Source: an uncultured Pseudomonadota bacterium
Lineage (GTDB): Bacteria > Pseudomonadota > Alphaproteobacteria > RF32 > CAG-239
Reading direction: 5' to 3'
NCBI GenBank assembly: GCA_949295935.1
Contig: CASFMW010000002.1
Span: 290 to 64,289, forward strand
Length of the DNA stretch: 64,000 nt
A program made the translations under genes and the position numbers. Position 1 is the first letter of the stretch, and every line of letters starts with the position of its first letter. Of this stretch, positions 59,971 to 64,000 are shown piece by piece. The notes below the pieces were generated by a model that was not told where the DNA came from, searched no databases, and worked only from the letters and a program-made list of their open reading frames with translations.

Positions 59971-61746
59971 TTATTGCCCACCTTTCCGTGCATCTTCAAT
60001 AATAAACTGAAGAGAATTCCGTCCCTGCCACGTATCACGACGCAAAACGCCGACCACATCATAAAGAGAAACACTTGGCGCCAATAACTCTTTGCCAAGT
60101 TCAGTATCCGCCACCCGAAAAGCCATTGCCTTTAAGGAAGCGACGTTATCACCGGATAAAAAGCAGCGCACATGCCCGCTACCAAACAACACCGGCTTTT
60201 TAATATGCACATTTTTTAACATCAAGCGCGGCTCGGCATTTCCGGCCCCAAATGGTTCAAGTTTTTCCAGCTGTTCCACCAAAGACAAGGATGCCCCACC
60301 AACATCAAGACAAGCATCAACTTCTAAAACCGGAACAATTTCCTCATCACCGAGCTTTTCTTTCACATAAGACCCGACAAACGCACGAAACTCTTCAACT
60401 TTATCTTCATTAAGAGAGAAACCTGCTGCCATAATATGCCCGCCGCCTTTAGTTAAAAGACCGCGCTCTTTAGCTGCAATAATCAACGCCCCCAAATCGA
60501 CATTCGGAATCGAGCGAGCAGATCCCTTGACTTCATCAGCCTCAATCGACATCACAAATGCCGGTAGATTATAGCGCTCTTTCAGCTTTCCGGCCACAAT
60601 TCCGATAACTCCTTGATGCCAGTCTTTTCCAATAGCAAAAGCAATCGGATAAGATTGCGGCTTTCCTTCCAGCTGCTCAATAGCCTCCAGCAAAACATAG
60701 GCCTCGATTTCTTTGCGTTGGTCATTAAATTGATTAAGCTTATCCGCCAACAGATTCGCCTCAACCTCTGTCTTTGCGCACAAAAGCTTATTACCGAGAG
60801 CCGCCTCGCCCACACGCCCGCAAGCATTAATTCTTGGCCCAAGCACAAAGCCAAGATGATAAGCCCGCGGCGCTTCCGACACATTCGACTTATCAAACAA
60901 AGCTTTCAACCCCAGATTACGACGCTGCGTCATAACCTTCAGCCCTTGTCGCACAAAAGCCCGATTAAGCCCAAGCAGAGGAACCACATCACAAACCGTC
61001 CCCAGAGCCACCAAATCAAGCCAGTTCATCAAAGACGGCTCTTTATGCGTCTGATAAAAACCTCTTTGCCGCAAAACCCGATTAACCGCCACCACGGTCA
61101 TAAAAACAACACCAACTGCCGCCATATATTTAAGATACGGATAGTCTGAATCTTCCTCATCAAGTCGCTTGGGGTTAACCAGCGCCAACACATTCGGCAG
61201 CTTAACTTCGGCCTCGTGATGATCAAGCACCACTACATCAAAACCCTTTTCACGAGCATAATCAAAAACCTCAAAAGCAGTTGTGCCGCAGTCCACTGTC
61301 ACCACAAACTTTATCCCCAGCGCGGCAAATTCATCAAAAGCCATCACGCTCGGGCCATAACCTTCCTCTCGCTCGGGAATATGAATAAAAGGCTCAATCT
61401 CGTTTGCCTCCAAAAACGAACGCAAAACCGAAGTTGACGTCGCACCGTCAACATCATAATCGCCGATAATACCGATTTTCTCGTTATTCTGAATAGCCTC
61501 TGCGATTCTCTCTGCCGCAATCTGCATTCCCTTAAGACAATAAGGATCAGGCATAAGCCTCTGTAGCTTTGGCTCAATAAAATCTTCAACCTCGTCGGAA
61601 GCAATCCCCTTTGCGGCCAAGATCGCACTCACAATATAAGACAGCCCGTACCTTTGAGCAATAAGCTCCGCATTGCGCTCTGAAAATGAGCACATCTTCC
61701 ACAAATTTCCGGCAAGAGATTTTTCGCTATCCGATACAGGCGTCAA
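59971..61746 (-). CDS. recJ: Single-stranded-DNA-specific exonuclease RecJ
   Basis: 591 aa. DHH motifs 'IGIIGDYDVDGATS', 'VTVDCG' and 'VVVLDHH', plus DHHA1 'GGGHIMAAG'. Confidence 0.95.
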   Translation of the reverse strand: MTPVSDSEKSLAGNLWKMCSFSERNAELIAQRYGLSYIVSAILAAKGIASDEVEDFIEPKLQRLMPDPYCLKGMQIAAERIAEAIQNNEKIGIIGDYDVDGATSTSVLRSFLEANEIEPFIHIPEREEGYGPSVMAFDEFAALGIKFVVTVDCGTTAFEVFDYAREKGFDVVVLDHHEAEVKLPNVLALVNPKRLDEEDSDYPYLKYMAAVGVVFMTVVAVNRVLRQRGFYQTHKEPSLMNWLDLVALGTVCDVVPLLGLNRAFVRQGLKVMTQRRNLGLKALFDKSNVSEAPRAYHLGFVLGPRINACGRVGEAALGNKLLCAKTEVEANLLADKLNQFNDQRKEIEAYVLLEAIEQLEGKPQSYPIAFAIGKDWHQGVIGIVAGKLKERYNLPAFVMSIEADEVKGSARSIPNVDLGALIIAAKERGLLTKGGGHIMAAGFSLNEDKVEEFRAFVGSYVKEKLGDEEIVPVLEVDACLDVGGASLSLVEQLEKLEPFGAGNAEPRLMLKNVHIKKPVLFGSGHVRCFLSGDNVASLKAMAFRVADTELGKELLAPSVSLYDVVGVLRRDTWQGRNSLQFIIEDARKGGQ

Positions 61747-61764
61747 TGAATCACCTCAATCTTC

Positions 61765-62676
61765 TTAGTAGCTAAGAAAGACTTCAACACGACGGTTAAG
61801 ACGTTCCCCCTCAGGCATAACTTCCAGATAAGCCGGCGCACTATCTGATAATGCTTCTACCGAGATCAGCTCAGCCGGCATACCGGCACGACGCAGTTCT
61901 TCAGCTACAGCCTCAGCACGCTTTTGCGAAACCTTAAAGTTTGCAAGTTTATGAGAAACGATGTCGGTATCATTTGTGCGGCTTGATGCATGACCGACAA
62001 CCCGAACGTGAGCATTGTCTTTCTTTGCGGCTCTCACGATTTTTCTGATTCTTTCACGATAATCGGCATCAAGGAATGAGCTTCCGTTTTCAAAATAAAA
62101 TGTATCAAGCTGATAAGTAACACTCGGCACAAAAGCCTTTTCGGACAAAACCTCGGCGGCAACAACTTCTTCCTCTGTCACAACCGACAGCTCTTCTGTT
62201 TTAACGGGAGTCGTTTTAGCAGAACCGACCCGCTCCATTGAGGCAATAAACTCCTCATCGGACAGATATTTTATATCCGGCATTTTGCTGGTTTCTTCAG
62301 GTGTTTCTTCGGCAATTTTATCAACCAACGGCTTTTCTTCTTCAGGCTCAGACACAACTTGTTCTTCTTTTGGCTCTGGCTTTACATCATCAGCTTTTTC
62401 CTGAGGATTCTCTTCTTTAGCCACAACTTTTTTTTCCGATTCTTTCTTTGCAGGCTGAGCTTTTTCTTTAGGTTCTTCTTTAGCCTCCGAAGCCGAAACT
62501 TTTTCCTCTGCCACGGCCACTTTTGCATCTTCATCAAATTCATGCACCGCAGAAGGCAACCCCTCGCCCGCTACGATTTTATTTTCATCAGTTGCCGTAT
62601 TTTTATCAAAAAACACCGCACAGCCCGAGACCATAAACACACTCGACAAAAGCGCAATAGCATAAAAATTTTTCAT
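61765..62676 (-). CDS. OmpA-family lipoprotein with a Glu/Lys-rich linker
   Basis: 303 aa with lipobox 'FMVSGC'. The C-terminal OmpA-like domain reads 'FENGSSFLDADYRERIRKIV...VVGHASSRT...NFKVSQKRAEAVAEELRRAG...NRRVEVFL'. Confidence 0.85.
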   Translation of the reverse strand: MKNFYAIALLSSVFMVSGCAVFFDKNTATDENKIVAGEGLPSAVHEFDEDAKVAVAEEKVSASEAKEEPKEKAQPAKKESEKKVVAKEENPQEKADDVKPEPKEEQVVSEPEEEKPLVDKIAEETPEETSKMPDIKYLSDEEFIASMERVGSAKTTPVKTEELSVVTEEEVVAAEVLSEKAFVPSVTYQLDTFYFENGSSFLDADYRERIRKIVRAAKKDNAHVRVVGHASSRTNDTDIVSHKLANFKVSQKRAEAVAEELRRAGMPAELISVEALSDSAPAYLEVMPEGERLNRRVEVFLSY

Positions 62677-62780
62677 ATACGAAACCCTATACTTTATCCA
62701 TAACTAAAGATATAGATATAATATAATCTTCCGTTAGACAAGCACAAATCGCAATAAAAAAACAAAAAAAACAATAAAGA

Positions 62781-62808
62781 TTGTATTTTAAAGAGAAGTC
62801 GCTATAAT
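62781..62808 (+). promoter_or_regulatory. Candidate sigma-70 promoter for the Panacea-domain gene
   Basis: TTGTAT (62781-62786), a 16-nt spacer, then TATAAT (62803-62808), about 36 nt upstream of the ATG. Confidence 0.35.
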
Positions 62809-62844
62809 TTCAAAAAAAAGACCTCAACCATAAAGGAGCAACCA

Positions 62845-63372
62845 ATGAACGCAAGCGCAGTCGATTCAGCAATAGATGTGGCCTATTGGTTTTTTGACCG
62901 AGCAGAAGCCGATAAACAACTTATTGAGGAAGAAAAACTTCAACCGCTTCTTTATTTATCCCAAGTATATTATGCGCGCACCTATAACGGCGCCACCCTG
63001 ATGCCGTCTCTGTTTATCTGTGACGAAAACGGATTCTACGAACCCAACATCAAAAAAATATTAACACTCGGTCGCCCGTTTATGCCGCGTGCAAAGTTTG
63101 ATAAAACCGTAAACAATTTTCTTGAAGAAATATGGGATAAATACGGCACCAGCAGCATTTCCTCGCTTGAAAAAACGGTCAAAGACAGTCTTCTTTATCG
63201 CAACAAATATAAAAAGAACACAAAAACCTTGGTTGAAAATAAAACAATAGTTGAATTTTTAAATAAGGATAGTAGAATATTTGAGAGCGAGGGAGAAAAA
63301 AACACTACCAAGGTTTTGCTCTCCCAAAACGGACCTGTCGTTGTCTCACGGTGGCAACCGAGAAAGATATAG
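62845..63372 (+). CDS. Panacea (DUF4065, SocA-like antitoxin) domain protein
   Basis: 175 aa. 'AIDVAYWFFDRAE....IEEEKLQPLLYLSQVYYARTYNGATLMPSLFICDENGFYEPNI' follows the DUF4065 pattern (vA.yfl...it..kLqKLlYyaq...l...g.plf...feaw..GPv.p.vy). Match made by eye only. Confidence 0.55.
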   Translation: MNASAVDSAIDVAYWFFDRAEADKQLIEEEKLQPLLYLSQVYYARTYNGATLMPSLFICDENGFYEPNIKKILTLGRPFMPRAKFDKTVNNFLEEIWDKYGTSSISSLEKTVKDSLLYRNKYKKNTKTLVENKTIVEFLNKDSRIFESEGEKNTTKVLLSQNGPVVVSRWQPRKI

Positions 63373-63402
63373 ACTTTGGTCTCAGAACTAAGGAGAAACA
63401 CG

Positions 63403-63993
63403 ATGTCAAAATTCTTAAAATTATTTGTAGCAATTCTTTTGGTTGTCAGCTGCTCTAAAAAAGAAGAAACTCCGGCAACAGAAGATTACAACTTGACCAT
63501 AACATCACAAGACGGCAATAAATCTGAATTTATGGTTGAAGACGCCTTAACACCGCAAGAACTTGAACATGGCCTGATGGGCAGAGAGTCTTTGGCGCCA
63601 AAATCCGGCATGATATTTGACTTGCATAATTATAAAAACGCCGCCATGTGGATGAAAGACACAAAAATCCCGCTTGATATGATTTTTATAAAAAACAACA
63701 AAATTGTCTGGATTTACGAAAACGCTCAACCCATGTCAACTGAAACCATTACCAGCCCGGAAGAATTTGACTCTGTAATTGAGATTAACGCTGGCGAAGT
63801 TAAAGAATACAACATCAAAATTGGTGACACAGTCGAGCATGACTTTTTCTCAAACGGCACAACAGCCGAAACCGCTGAACAACCGATAGAAGGCCCTGTT
63901 CCGGAAGAATTTGTTGAAGACGGAGAAGAAATTGACATCGAAGAGGCTGAAATGCCTTCTGATGAAGAAGCCGCTCCGGTTCCAACAGAATAA
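63403..63993 (+). CDS. DUF192 domain-containing lipoprotein
   Basis: SD aaggag plus ATG at 63403 gives lipobox 'LLVVSCS'. 'ALTPQELEHGLMGRESLAPKSGMIFDL...AAMWMKDTKIPLDMIFI' matches the DUF192/COG1430 pattern. Acidic C-terminal tail. Confidence 0.75.
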   Translation: MSKFLKLFVAILLVVSCSKKEETPATEDYNLTITSQDGNKSEFMVEDALTPQELEHGLMGRESLAPKSGMIFDLHNYKNAAMWMKDTKIPLDMIFIKNNKIVWIYENAQPMSTETITSPEEFDSVIEINAGEVKEYNIKIGDTVEHDFFSNGTTAETAEQPIEGPVPEEFVEDGEEIDIEEAEMPSDEEAAPVPTE

Positions 63994-64000
63994 ACAATCA

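Overview
This 64-kb window looks like core chromosome from an AT-rich alphaproteobacterium. The evidence is MipZ, HdaA, a CckA-like hybrid kinase, and the frr-uppS-cdsA-rseP-bamA-lpxD-fabZ gene order. The compact gene spacing suggests a reduced or host-associated lineage, but that is inference.

Most of the window is housekeeping:
- lon
- the F1 ATP synthase operon atpHAGDC
- priA, a XerC/D recombinase, rpmG, xthA, a dGTPase, nagZ and tRNA-His(GTG)
- a PBP5-SPOR carboxypeptidase, mipZ and pgm
- the flagellar export genes fliQ-fliR-flhB
- a TetR/AcrAB-type RND efflux operon
- pyrH-frr-uppS-cdsA-rseP-bamA-lpxD-fabZ
- plsY-dprA-topA, mlaC/mlaA, recJ and an OmpA-family lipoprotein

Small accessory patches sit between these blocks, and most of the notable signals are there:
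1. A structured intergenic repeat family occurs at two loci, 528-839 and 40095-40362. Its roughly 100-nt hairpins are maintained by compensatory base changes.
2. An islet at 56.9-59.1 kb carries a 99-nt, 100% identical, GC-rich segment. In each copy it is fused to a different downstream coding sequence, one of which looks like a serum amyloid A (SAA) domain. The islet also holds paralogous small proteins, small membrane proteins and frame disruptions.
3. Several accessory genes are split by single-nucleotide frame breaks. All four would be repaired by deleting one nucleotide, and two sit at homopolymer tracts (A8 and T8).
4. A Cys-rich repeat gene is decayed by five in-frame stop codons.
5. 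A four-gene module carries a cI/LexA-like repressor that appears to lack its catalytic serine.
6. An orphan Panacea-domain protein is present.

I saw no CRISPR array, rRNA gene, transposase or complete prophage.
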